A stretch of DNA of 64,000 bases from Sedimentisphaerales bacterium (GCA_963708075.1 OY970194.1:2752001-2816000), one strand, 5' to 3'; numbered from the stretch's first letter, positions 21,339-30,708 are shown. The notes: generated by a model not told the origin, from the sequence alone. Numbers and translations are program-made.

Positions 21339-23177
21339 ATGAAGGGAGCCCTGGCGGTCTTTGCATTGGTTCTTGTGACCTCGACAGTCGGCGCCGCTCA
21401 GCGCGACAAGCTGCTTGAGATTCCTGAAGTGTCGCGAGATCAGGTGATCTGCTTTGCACTCTACACCGTGCACAACAACGTCATGAAGATGACGGCCCAG
21501 CTTTACCCGCTCAAGGAAGGCGAGGCGAGGACTGTGCGGCTTGAGACCCGCGCGGACGGCCAGTGGCGGCAGACCGCGGAATCGCTTGTGATCGAGAGGG
21601 GCTGGACGACGCACTTCCGCATCGAGGGCTGGGATTCGACCAAAGACATTGAGTACCGGCTTCGACACGGCAAGGCGGCGGAATATGCCGGCGTCATCCG
21701 CAGGGACCCTGTGGACAAGGACGTGATCATGGTCGCCGCGTTCACAGGCAATTCGATCTATCCCGGCCACGGCGGCGATATCCCCAAGAGCGACATCGTG
21801 GAGAATCTCACGAAGGGCAAGCCGGACCTGCTGTTCTTCTCCGGCGACCAGGTCTACGACCACAACCGCCACTACGCCTACTGGCTCAAATTCGGCCGCG
21901 ATTTCGGCGAGATCATTCGCAATACGCCGACCGTCACGATCCCCGACGATCATGACGTCGGCCATCCCAACCTCTGGGGACAGGGCGGCAAAAAGTCGCT
22001 CCGCGCCAATGGCGACGATGGCGGATACTTCAAGCCCATCGAGTACGTGCAGGAGGTCGAGCGGGCGCAGACGAGCCATCTGCCCGACCCCTTCGATCCG
22101 ACGCCCGTCCAGCGAGGCATCGGCGTGTACTACACGGCCCTGACGGTCGGCCGGATCAACTTCGCCATCATCGAGGACCGTAAGTTCAAGACCGGCCCGG
22201 CGAGCGTCCTGCCCGACGATCCATGGCGGCCGAAACGGCCCGATCACGTCTCCGTCCGGGACTACGACCCGCAGGCGCTCGACGTGCCCGAAGCCGAGTT
22301 GCTCGGCGAGCGGCAGATCAGGTTCCTGCGACAATGGGCGGCCGACTGGCACGACTGCGACATGAAGGCGGTGCTCTCGCAGACGATCTTCGCCGGCGGG
22401 GCGCACCTGCACGGCACACGGGACAATCGACTGTACGTCGATCTCGACTCGAACGGCTGGCCGCAAACCGGCCGCAACAACGCCCTCATCGAGATGCGCA
22501 AGGCCTTCGCCCCGCACATCGCCGGCGACCAGCACCTGGCCACGATCATCCATCATGGCGTCAACGACTGGAACGATTCATGCTACTCGTTCTGTGTACC
22601 GTCGATCGCGAACCTGTATCTGCGCTGGTGGGCGCCGCTGGAGCCCGGCAGAAATCGCGAGCCCGGGATGCCCGACTATCTCGGGGAGTTCAAGGACGGG
22701 CTGGGCAACAAGATCACCATGCTGGCCGTGGCCAACCCCAGCCCCGAGGAGAACCACGACAAGTTGACCACGCGGGCCGCCGGCTTCGGTATCGTGAAAT
22801 TCAACAGAAAGACGCGAGAGATCACGATGGAATGCTGGCCGCGCAATGTGGATATTACGGCGCCGGATAGCCGGCCCTATCCCGGCTGGCCGAGAACGAT
22901 CCATCAGCTTGACAACTACGGGCGAAAGGCCGTGGGATATCTGCCCACGATCAAGGTCGAGGGCATGAGCGATCCCGTCCTCCAAGTCATCGATGAGGAA
23001 ACGGATGAGATCGTTTACACGTTGCGGGTCAGCGGCACGGAGTTCCGGCCGAAGGTCTTCAAGGCCGCGACGTACACGATCAAAGTGGGTGAGCCCGGCA
23101 AGGACCGGGTCAAGGTGCTCAAAGGCATCGAGTCTTCAGGCATGAATGACACGAGAACAGTGGAGGTGTCGATGTAG
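21339..23177 (+). CDS. Secreted PhoD-like metallophosphoesterase
   Basis: Signal peptide; FFSGDQVYD, PDDHDVG, DLDSNGWPQTGR, GDQH. Confidence 0.8.
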   Translation: MKGALAVFALVLVTSTVGAAQRDKLLEIPEVSRDQVICFALYTVHNNVMKMTAQLYPLKEGEARTVRLETRADGQWRQTAESLVIERGWTTHFRIEGWDSTKDIEYRLRHGKAAEYAGVIRRDPVDKDVIMVAAFTGNSIYPGHGGDIPKSDIVENLTKGKPDLLFFSGDQVYDHNRHYAYWLKFGRDFGEIIRNTPTVTIPDDHDVGHPNLWGQGGKKSLRANGDDGGYFKPIEYVQEVERAQTSHLPDPFDPTPVQRGIGVYYTALTVGRINFAIIEDRKFKTGPASVLPDDPWRPKRPDHVSVRDYDPQALDVPEAELLGERQIRFLRQWAADWHDCDMKAVLSQTIFAGGAHLHGTRDNRLYVDLDSNGWPQTGRNNALIEMRKAFAPHIAGDQHLATIIHHGVNDWNDSCYSFCVPSIANLYLRWWAPLEPGRNREPGMPDYLGEFKDGLGNKITMLAVANPSPEENHDKLTTRAAGFGIVKFNRKTREITMECWPRNVDITAPDSRPYPGWPRTIHQLDNYGRKAVGYLPTIKVEGMSDPVLQVIDEETDEIVYTLRVSGTEFRPKVFKAATYTIKVGEPGKDRVKVLKGIESSGMNDTRTVEVSM

Positions 23178-23324
23178 AGCGGCAGGTGCGGGAAGGCCTG
23201 ACAAATAAGAATGGCCGCGGATCATTGCTGGCCCGCGGCCGACTCTCTCCTGCTTGATTTCTTACGGCAACTTCGGCGGATGGCCGCCCAAGTCCCCTGC
23301 AGCCCCTCGGCGAGGTGAACGTTG

Positions 23325-23603
23325 TCACCCTTGTTTCTCTGACTGCAGGTGCGCCTCTTCCACCTTTTCCTTGATCCTTTGTGCCGTCCGCATCGCCGCC
23401 TCCTTACCCAGGTCGACGCACTTGTGTATTCCGGAGTTCACACTCGCGACGATCTTGTCCGAGGTCAGCGCCGGACCGAACAGCCCTTTCCCTTGAGCCG
23501 TTCCTTCTGCCGCCGGCGGCGCCGGCGCCAGGCAGTAGATCGCCGTGGCGAAGCCCGCAAAATACACGATCAGCACAAATACGAACTTCGATCTCCAGCC
23601 CAT
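23325..23603 (-). CDS. Small hypothetical membrane-anchored protein
   Basis: N-terminal hydrophobic helix; GGAAGGGG upstream. Confidence 0.65.
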   Translation of the reverse strand: MGWRSKFVFVLIVYFAGFATAIYCLAPAPPAAEGTAQGKGLFGPALTSDKIVASVNSGIHKCVDLGKEAAMRTAQRIKEKVEEAHLQSEKQG

Positions 23604-23701
23604 GGAATTCCCCCTTCCTTCCCAGGACTATGAGGTTGCTGCCCCAACCCCGTGGTTCACGTTACCCCCTACTAAATATTTACGATAAAAACGGGGAAAA
23701 G

Positions 23702-23806
23702 GCAAGAAAGCAAGAAGGGAAGAAGTGAGGAAGGTAAGAAGGTCAGACAGCCTCGCCCAACTCCTGCCTTCATACATTCTTATCCTCTCAACTTCCTACC
23801 TTCCTG
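23702..23806. repeat. Degenerate octamer inverted-repeat element (purine arm, pyrimidine arm)
   Basis: GCAAGAAA GCAAGAAG GGAAGAAG TGAGGAAG GTAAGAAG, then TTCATACA TTCTTATC ... TTCCTACC TTCCTGG. Confidence 0.65.
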
Positions 23807-23826
23807 GCACCGCGTTGGGGCGCTAA

Positions 23827-24951
23827 TTATCGGAGGCAGGTGTCGAGAATAGCTCGGAGCGTGCCGCAGACGAGGGCCACGTCCTGCTCCGTCAGATGGT
23901 TGTGAAACGGCAGTGCGATCGTCCGGCGACTCGCGGATTCCGTGATGGGGAAATCGCCCTCGCGATGGCTGTAGCGGTCGGCGATGAACGGCTGCAGGTG
24001 CACCGGCGGAAAGTAGTTGCTCACCTGGATCCCCTGCCGGCCCATCTCCCGCAGGATGGCGTCCCGCTGTCGCTGCTGGAACTGCTCGCGGAGGCGCACG
24101 ACGAAGACGAACCAGCTCAGCTCGCAGCCGTCCGGCTCGGTCGGGACGATCAGCCGGTCTTCCTCGGCGAGCATCTCCTGGTACCACGTCGCCACCTGCC
24201 GGCGCTTCGCCTTGATCTCGTCGACGCGTGAAAGCTGCGCGATGCCGAGCGCACAATTGATGTCGCTGAGCCGGAAATTATAGCCGAGCCGCTCGTGGGC
24301 CAGCCAGCCTCCTCCCTTGCCGCGGCCCTGGTTGCGGAGCGACACGCATGCGTCCGCCAGGTTGTCGTCATCCGTGAGGATCATGCCGCCCTCGCCGGTC
24401 GTGATTTGCTTATTGGGATAGAACCCGAAGACGCTCAGCGAGCCGAATGTGCCCGCTTTCTTTCCGTTCAGGGCCGAGCCGAGGGCCTCGCAGCTATCCT
24501 CGACGACAGGCAGGCCGTGCCGCTCGGCGACTTCGCAGACCCGGTCGAAGCCGGCTGGATTTCCGAACACCTCGACGGGCAGAATGGCCTTCGTCCGGCC
24601 GGTGATCGCCGCCTCGATACGCTCCGGATCGATGTTCAAGCTCACGCGATCTATATCGACGAATACCGGCTTGGCGCCTGTCATCATGATGCACGTCGTG
24701 GAGGCGATGAACGTGAAAGGCGTGGTGATGACCTCGTCGCCCGGCCCGATCCCCGATGCCAGCAGACTCAGGAACAGCCCGCTCGTGCCGCTGTTGACCG
24801 CGACAGCCCGCCGGCGGCTGATATACTCGGCGAAGGCCCGCTCAAACTCCGGCACCATCGGCCCCAGCGACAGATCCGGGCCGCGTAGCACCTGCGCCAC
24901 CCGCTCGATCTCCTTCTCCGTGATATCCGGACGAGACAGATAAATCCGCAT
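23827..24951 (-). CDS. DegT/DnrJ/EryC1/StrS PLP-dependent sugar aminotransferase
   Basis: NSGTSGL, EDSCEALG, FYPNKQITTGEGG, GYNFRLSDI. Confidence 0.93.
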   Translation of the reverse strand: MRIYLSRPDITEKEIERVAQVLRGPDLSLGPMVPEFERAFAEYISRRRAVAVNSGTSGLFLSLLASGIGPGDEVITTPFTFIASTTCIMMTGAKPVFVDIDRVSLNIDPERIEAAITGRTKAILPVEVFGNPAGFDRVCEVAERHGLPVVEDSCEALGSALNGKKAGTFGSLSVFGFYPNKQITTGEGGMILTDDDNLADACVSLRNQGRGKGGGWLAHERLGYNFRLSDINCALGIAQLSRVDEIKAKRRQVATWYQEMLAEEDRLIVPTEPDGCELSWFVFVVRLREQFQQRQRDAILREMGRQGIQVSNYFPPVHLQPFIADRYSHREGDFPITESASRRTIALPFHNHLTEQDVALVCGTLRAILDTCLR

Positions 24952-25181
24952 TGCGGTCTCCCACAGCAAACCCAACTTCTGCAATCCACCGGCATTGTAA
25001 GTCCCCCACTCTTCTAAGCCAACACATTCTCCCGGTACATCAGCCCGAGAGTCTGTCGACGTTTTGGCGGATTCAGGCCGGGTGGCAGCGGCACGCACCG
25101 GCTTGCCGATGGATTCCAACTGCTGCGGGACACCATCGGCAAGCTCCGCGGGCTCCGCTTGCCGCTGCCACCCGGCCATAG

Positions 25182-25208
25182 GTCATTCCCGCGCAGGCGG
25201 GAATCCAG
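25182..25208 (+). repeat. GTCATTCCCGCG-N-GCGGGAATCCAG palindromic repeat
   Basis: Related inverted copies at 32281-32307 and 32492-32518. Confidence 0.75.
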
Positions 25209-25376
25209 AAACGTGGTGCACGGGCAAACGCGGATGGGTAGGTTTATCGGACGCGGCGGTATCCTGGAGCTTGTCCCATACGGGCAGGGCCTGAATTCCT
25301 TCGGCCTGGCTAAATGCCCCCGCCCGTACAGCCGAAGAACAATACGGAATCAATTTACAGATACGGGAACAGATAC

Positions 25377-25955
25377 ATGGCAAAAGGCAGAAATGTACTG
25401 ACAACCGGCGACGTGGCGAAAATCTGCAATGTCGCCCCGAGAACGGTCTCCAAGTGGTTCGATTCCGGCCAGCTCCGCGGGTATCGCATCCCAGGCAGCA
25501 AGGACCGCCGCATACCCGTCAATGAGTTGATCCGGTTCATGAAGGCCAATAATATGCCGACGGACATCCTGCCCGTGGGCAAGATCCGCGTCCTCGTCCT
25601 GGACGGCGAGAACGGCTCGAAATCCTCGGTGGTCGACGCCCTGACGGCCCGGGGCAGTTACGAGATTCAGGCCGTGTCCAACGGCTTCGACGCCGGCGCC
25701 GCCGTGCAAAGGTTCGCGCCCCACGTGATCCTGATCAACCTGCTCGTCCGAGACATCGACGCGCACGGCATCTGCAGGAGCATCCGCGGCAGCGAAGAGC
25801 ACGGCACGATCAAGATCATTGCCCTGGCCAACTGCCTGAGCCCACAGGAGGCCGCCGCCCTGATGCAAAAAGGCTTCGACGGCTATGTCTCGAATCCAAC
25901 CGACGTAATGGAAGTCGTCAAGAAGATCGAGGAAGCCACCGCGATCATCTACTGA
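25377..25955 (+). CDS. Excisionase-like HTH plus atypical receiver-domain regulator
   Basis: LTTGDVAKICNVAPRTVSKWFDSG.L.GYRIPGSKDRRIP; C-terminal REC-like fold. Confidence 0.88.
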   Translation: MAKGRNVLTTGDVAKICNVAPRTVSKWFDSGQLRGYRIPGSKDRRIPVNELIRFMKANNMPTDILPVGKIRVLVLDGENGSKSSVVDALTARGSYEIQAVSNGFDAGAAVQRFAPHVILINLLVRDIDAHGICRSIRGSEEHGTIKIIALANCLSPQEAAALMQKGFDGYVSNPTDVMEVVKKIEEATAIIY

Positions 25956-26098
25956 TTGCGGACAGAGATCAGATGGCAGCCAGACACAACCTGCCGACTG
26001 GGCGACCGTGAGGCCATTCCAGCCTCCACTCCCCGGTCGTCTCGCACGTGCAGCCTATCATGCCCCCTGCCGGTCAAAAGCAGGAACGGGCCGAACGA

Positions 26099-26950
26099 TC
26101 AATAGTCCTTGTACTTTCGCAGCCACTGGGGCCAGTAATCGGGCTGAGCTCCACCGAGTCTGGTCCAGGCGCCCGATGTATCGTATTCGCGATGCCACCG
26201 CAGGGTCCACAATTCCTTAAGGCCGACGTGCCGGACCGACCAATCCGCAAAGGCAAGATTCGTCCAGCCGTTGTGCCGGTCGATACAGAACTGGTTCATC
26301 TCGCCGGCGGTCCCCTTGTCCCCCCAGCCGGAGTCCCACGGTGTCTGCATCGGCTCATCGGTGTGCTGAGGCCAAGCATCGTGCCAGGTGTTATCCCCGA
26401 GGACCGGGACCTGGTTGGGAGTCTTGAGGTTCTGTGCGGACTTCCAGAACCACTTAACGCTGCGGTTGCCGTTAGTGCGGTCCTGGAGTTGGTAGTCGAT
26501 CCAATTGTTGGTGCCGTAGCTGCCGGTCCAGTTTATTTCGGGGCCCTCGCTCGAAGCCGGGTAACGATTGCCCATCGGGTCCGTGCGCCACGCCTTGAAT
26601 GTACCGAAATCCGCAAGGCTCAAGACAACGCGGGTGGCCGTGGGACAGAACCGCATCTCGTCATCGACGTAATAGGGCCGCAGGGCATTCATCCACAAAC
26701 CATACGTGGCTGGCCGGCCCGCATTTTGCGGGTGCTGGTTGTAGCCCTGGCCTTCGGGGAAGTATCCGCTGTTATCATCGGTGTACAACTTGTATTGCAT
26801 CCCCCAGCTCCTGAGCCTGGACATGCAGGCGACGGACTGGGCCTGCTTCTTAACGCGGGACAGGGCGGGCATGAGGATCGACATCAGGAGTGCGATAATG
26901 GCGATGACCACCAGGAGTTCGATGAGGGTAAAACCCTTGCGTCGGATCAT
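26099..26950 (-). CDS. Prepilin-type N-terminal cleavage/methylation protein (planctomycete H-X9-DG class)
   Basis: GFTLIELLVVIAIIALLMSILMPAL; RHNGWTNLAFADWSV. Confidence 0.9.
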   Translation of the reverse strand: MIRRKGFTLIELLVVIAIIALLMSILMPALSRVKKQAQSVACMSRLRSWGMQYKLYTDDNSGYFPEGQGYNQHPQNAGRPATYGLWMNALRPYYVDDEMRFCPTATRVVLSLADFGTFKAWRTDPMGNRYPASSEGPEINWTGSYGTNNWIDYQLQDRTNGNRSVKWFWKSAQNLKTPNQVPVLGDNTWHDAWPQHTDEPMQTPWDSGWGDKGTAGEMNQFCIDRHNGWTNLAFADWSVRHVGLKELWTLRWHREYDTSGAWTRLGGAQPDYWPQWLRKYKDY

Positions 26951-27055
26951 GGATCATTCCCTTTCCGGTGCTGCAGTTGTCGGCTGATACGATATAGGCG
27001 TCGGTATGACTTACTATATCACATGGCCGGCAGGCATGCAAGGTCCCGCCTGGCG

Positions 27056-27595
27056 TCATTTCTTGCGTTCCTGGAGCATGCGGGTCTGGAGACGGATGAG
27101 GGTCTGGGGCGTGACCGTGCGCGCGGATAGATCGCCGAGAATCACGCCGTACTTGCCATCCGGCGTCGGCCAGTACATCAGGATGGCATACTGATCGTTG
27201 AGATCCGCACGGTCGCCGCAAAAGACCACGTCCCGGCCCTGGGCGGCCAGCTCATCCCGGAATTTCGCCAACCCCGGCAGGACGTCCGCCCGATAGGCTT
27301 TTTCGCCGCCGAGAGCGTACTTCAGGAACAGCTTGCCATCCTGGTACATGTGCACGCCATCGGCGTCCCGTCCGCCGAAGAAGGCTCCGATCAGAAAGAC
27401 GGCCGCCAGGATCGCGGCGGCGGCCGCTATACGGCTGACACGCAGGTCGACGATGATGTTGATCGTGTCCATGCGGTGCGCGTAAAGCCGATGAGGTATC
27501 CGGCTCTTGATCTCCTGGGCCAGACCGGGCCTTGCCTGCTCGATCAACCGCCCGGGCAGAACCTTCAGCATTTCTTCAAGTTCTCTCTTTTCCAT
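27056..27595 (-). CDS. Putative anti-sigma factor (single TM)
   Basis: Directly downstream of an ECF sigma gene; RIAAAAAILAAVFLIG TM segment. Confidence 0.65.
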   Translation of the reverse strand: MEKRELEEMLKVLPGRLIEQARPGLAQEIKSRIPHRLYAHRMDTINIIVDLRVSRIAAAAAILAAVFLIGAFFGGRDADGVHMYQDGKLFLKYALGGEKAYRADVLPGLAKFRDELAAQGRDVVFCGDRADLNDQYAILMYWPTPDGKYGVILGDLSARTVTPQTLIRLQTRMLQERKK

Positions 27596-27621
27596 AGTGG
27601 CCTTACCCGAATAGGAGAACC

Positions 27622-28248
27622 CTACAGATCGCCCATCTGTTTTCTCAGGGCTTCCAGCCCCCTGTTGAGACGGCTTTTCAGCGTCCCCTGCCGCACACCG
27701 GCAGCGTCTGCCGCCTCCGAGATCGTCAACTGCTCCATGTAGTGCAATACGATAGCCTGCCGCAGCTTGCGGGGCAGCCGGGCCACCGCGCTGCGCAGCC
27801 GCACCGATTCCTCATGCCCGCTGGCCCCATCCAGCCCATTGGGGCCGCCCAAAGGCATTTCCAGCCCCTCGGGACTGCTGGTATCCACGTCCTTGTGCCT
27901 TCGCCAGTACAGGCGCGAGACATTTCCAGCGATGCGAAAGAGCCAACCGTTCAATGCCTTGCCGTCCCGCAACTGGCCGATGTGATACCAAGCCCGCAAG
28001 AACGTCTCCTGCGTCAGGTCTTCACTGATCTGCCGGTCATGCCCGACGGCCCGCATGAACAGGTAAATCCGCTCGTAGTAACAATCTACGAGCTCTTCCG
28101 CCGCTGCATGATCGCCCCGTCTGAGCCTTCCGGCAAGCAATTCAAAGTCCATCCGGGGCGTTCCTCCTGTCAGTTCGACAGCGGCCGTTTCTCGGATAAG
28201 ATGCGCGGTTCCTGCGTTCTGTTCTGCTGCCTGGGCGTTTTTTTGCAT
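27622..28248 (-). CDS. ECF-type RNA polymerase sigma factor
   Basis: SEDLTQETFLRAW, GWLFRIA.N, GTLKSRLNRG; start is either 28248 or 28152. Confidence 0.9.
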   Translation of the reverse strand: MQKNAQAAEQNAGTAHLIRETAAVELTGGTPRMDFELLAGRLRRGDHAAAEELVDCYYERIYLFMRAVGHDRQISEDLTQETFLRAWYHIGQLRDGKALNGWLFRIAGNVSRLYWRRHKDVDTSSPEGLEMPLGGPNGLDGASGHEESVRLRSAVARLPRKLRQAIVLHYMEQLTISEAADAAGVRQGTLKSRLNRGLEALRKQMGDL

Positions 28249-28272
28249 GTTCTCCACCCTGCTATGCCCTTT

Positions 28273-28301
28273 AGTATACCCGAATCGGGCCTCCGACTCA
28301 A
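28273..28301 (-). promoter_or_regulatory. sigma70-like promoter for the ECF gene
   Basis: Minus strand TTGAGT-17 bp-TATACT. Confidence 0.6.
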
Positions 28302-28350
28302 CAGAGAACACACCCAAGGCGTCAGCAAGAAGGCCGAGGCCCCTCGCCCA

Positions 28351-29083
28351 AATTGGCTTTGTTTCGCACAACGCACCGGCAGTTGCCTCCCGCCTACGGT
28401 CTCCAGTCTCTGGACTGCCCTCCCAATTGGCTTTGTTTCGCACGACAGCCCTTCCGGAATTTGGCTTTGTTTCGCAGACTCGGCCTCTATTCCGCATTCC
28501 GCATTCCGCATTCAGTATTCCGCACTCCCAAGGCCCCCGGCCTGGAATTGGCTCTGTTTCGCAGAATCGCTCCTGTCTTCTTCATTCCGCATTCCGCATT
28601 CCGCACTCCGCACTCCCAGGCCCCCGACCTGGAATTGGCTTTGTTTCGCAAAATCGCCAGCCAATCATAACCCTTTTCCCACAAAGAACTTAGCGATACA
28701 CACCCGCCAAATTGGCTTTGTTTCGCAGAGTCGCTCCCGTTGTAGGGGCGGGTTTCAAACCCGCCCGTACCGCCGTAAGGCGTTCGTGGCGAGGGCGTCC
28801 CGCCCTTGTCTTCCGCCCCCAATTGGCTTTGTTTCGCAGACTCATTCACCTGCCACGCACCTTCACTCCGCATTCCGCACTCCCAGGGCCTCGACCCCAG
28901 ATTGGCTTTGTTTTGCACACCCGCCTGTGTAATCCCCTGCGGCCTACCGCCTCCAGCCTGCCCGCTGCGAATTGGCTTTGTTTCGCAGACTCGTTCATCC
29001 GCTCCCGGCCTTTCAATCCGCATTCCGCAATCCGCATTCCGCAATCCCAGGGGCCCCCGGCCCATAATTGGCTTTGTTTCACA
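28351..29083. repeat. Array of ten 18-bp direct repeats (consensus AATTGGCTTTGTTTCGCA) with 16-93 bp spacers
   Basis: Copies start at 28351, 28425, 28459, 28546, 28633, 28710, 28821, 28900, 28970, 29066, each with 0-2 mismatches. Confidence 0.95.
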
Positions 29084-29339
29084 CAACCTGGCACTCGCCG
29101 ACGGTGATGCCCGCTTGACCGGTCACGGCAAGACCCTGGGACTCTTGATTTGCGATTTGCGATCTTTGACTTTTGATATTTGACTTGTCTATCCGACCAT
29201 ATACTAAAGACGCTCATCGAGCCGGATTGTTGCAGGAATGTCTGGTAAATAGTGAACCTACTTCCAACCTCTTGTGGCCCGGTGACTTACAGTGCTCTGT
29301 CTTTGTGCATCGAACCGGGAAAACTCGCCCGCCTTCTTC

Positions 29340-29570
29340 ATGCCTCGAATAATGAATAATGAAGACACGGCCCCCGGCCCCCTTAGTACCGTAGGACGGA
29401 AGCTCATTCAGGTGCGGGCGTCCCTGCGGAATTGCCCTCAGGATGCGGAGCTTCGGCGCGAGGCTGAGACGTTGGAGATGATGTACAAGGAGTTGCTGGA
29501 AGAGGCTGGCCAAGTCGGAACTCCTCGACCTGTCGGACGAATCTCTGCATGTCGCGTCGGCTGGCCTTGA
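29340..29570 (+). CDS. Small hypothetical helical protein, convergent with and overlapping paralog 1
   Basis: RKLIQVRASLRNCPQDAELRREAETLEMMYKELLEEAG has protein-like composition; no family recognised. Confidence 0.35.
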   Translation: MPRIMNNEDTAPGPLSTVGRKLIQVRASLRNCPQDAELRREAETLEMMYKELLEEAGQVGTPRPVGRISACRVGWP

Positions 29571-30093
29571 ACGTGTCGCCTACCATCGTCGTGGCATAGG
29601 CTCGGCCTATCCTCGGTTCTTCCGGGATGAGGGGCGGTTGGGCCCGAAGGAGGACCGGGTTGAACCAGATCATCGCGCTGTGTTGTGGACCGACCTCTCG
29701 CTGCCACTCCAAGCCCTTGCGGACAGGTTCCTGTTGACAGAGGGTGACTGAGTGAAATTCTCTTCGTTGCAGAGACCAGACAGCCTTGCTTTCCCGTATG
29801 CGTTTGGGAGCAAACTTGGTGATTGCAGTGATCACTCGCCATCTCCATCCCGGCAGGAATCCGACGGTCGCTCCGACTACAGGCACATGCCCAACGTTGC
29901 AGACTTCTATGATGCCGCGCCATGTCGTGACGTGTTTCCCATCCTTCACTTCACCCATACAATGGAGACTGGGTCGAACGACGAGGTGCGGGCGGCTCTT
30001 GTCCCGCTGGTGAAGGTAGTTGAGGATGCCCAGCGCGAGGCCGGACAAGCCCGACACCGCACCGATTATCGCAGTGACTTCCGTAAGGATCAT
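29404..30093 (-). CDS. Unknown N-anchored membrane protein, tandem paralog 1 (A type; internal insertion and extended C-terminus)
   Basis: GAVSGLSGLALGILNYLHQRD, EVCNVGHVPV, PQHSA, GRAY, VGDTFKASRRDM. Confidence 0.75.
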   Translation of the reverse strand: MILTEVTAIIGAVSGLSGLALGILNYLHQRDKSRPHLVVRPSLHCMGEVKDGKHVTTWRGIIEVCNVGHVPVVGATVGFLPGWRWRVITAITKFAPKRIRESKAVWSLQRREFHSVTLCQQEPVRKGLEWQREVGPQHSAMIWFNPVLLRAQPPLIPEEPRIGRAYATTMVGDTFKASRRDMQRFVRQVEEFRLGQPLPATPCTSSPTSQPRAEAPHPEGNSAGTPAPE

Positions 30094-30105
30094 AAGCAGT
30101 ACTTC

Positions 30106-30134
30106 ATGATAAATGCGATCACCGTCTTCTGCAA
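30106..30134 (-). promoter_or_regulatory. Promoter of paralog 1
   Basis: TTGCAG-17-TATCAT-12-ATG. Confidence 0.75.
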
Positions 30135-30147
30135 GGCCAGAGACGGG

Positions 30148-30642
30148 CTAAGTCGAGGCTGCTTTGCGCATCTTGGCGAATACCCGCGTGTCGCGTCGGC
30201 TGGCCTTGAACTTGTCGCCCACAATACTCTGGACGCAAGCGCGGCCCAGTCGGCGACCTTCTGGCAACTCCTCCGGGCTAAAGTCAAATCGCCCAGTGGC
30301 GGCATGCTGGGGCTTGAGTTCTTCATCCCACCACTTGACGCCGTTGAACGGCGTGAGTATGAACTGAGGCACATTCTTCTCTTGCCTGCGCTTGCGTAGG
30401 AACTCAATGGTCCCACGCACCGTTACCGGCACTTGCCCCACGTTGCAGATACTTACGATAGCGACATTCTTCTCTTGCTGCGGTATATGGGAGCCCCGAA
30501 GGCAAGATATGTCATACAGCCGAACCACAAGACGCGGGCGGCTGGTGTCCCGCTGATGCACGTAGTTGAGGATGCCCAGCACGAGACCGGACACGCCTGA
30601 CACCACGCCGACCATGATCCCGATGGCTTGGAGAGTACTCAT
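30148..30642 (-). CDS. Tandem paralog 2 (B type)
   Basis: MSTLQAIGI.VGVVSGVSG, ICNVGQVPV, ELKPQHAA, VGDKFKASRRD, ends AAST. Confidence 0.8.
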   Translation of the reverse strand: MSTLQAIGIMVGVVSGVSGLVLGILNYVHQRDTSRPRLVVRLYDISCLRGSHIPQQEKNVAIVSICNVGQVPVTVRGTIEFLRKRRQEKNVPQFILTPFNGVKWWDEELKPQHAATGRFDFSPEELPEGRRLGRACVQSIVGDKFKASRRDTRVFAKMRKAAST

Positions 30643-30654
30643 ACGCAGTATCGT

Positions 30655-30683
30655 ATGATAAACAGACTGAATGTCTTCTGCAA
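30655..30683 (-). promoter_or_regulatory. Promoter of paralog 2
   Basis: TTGCAG-17-TATCAT-12-ATG. Confidence 0.75.
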
Positions 30684-30708
30684 GGCCAACCGGTTCAGAT
30701 ATTCGGTG

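Noticed and set aside
28351..29083. Calling the 18-bp array a CRISPR
   Set aside because: The repeat is shorter than typical CRISPR repeats, spacers range 16-93 bp, several spacers are low-complexity and related to each other, and no cas genes are in the window.
29147..29207. Promoter TTGACT...TATACT downstream of the array
   Set aside because: The spacer is only 14 bp and the region is a degenerate heptamer run, so it is not supportable.
28170..29217. Many overlapping ORFs with IGFVSQ / AKQSQ / ETKPI / NKAN repeats
   Set aside because: They are open in most frames on both strands simply because the repeats lack stop codons; conservation is at DNA level, not codon level.
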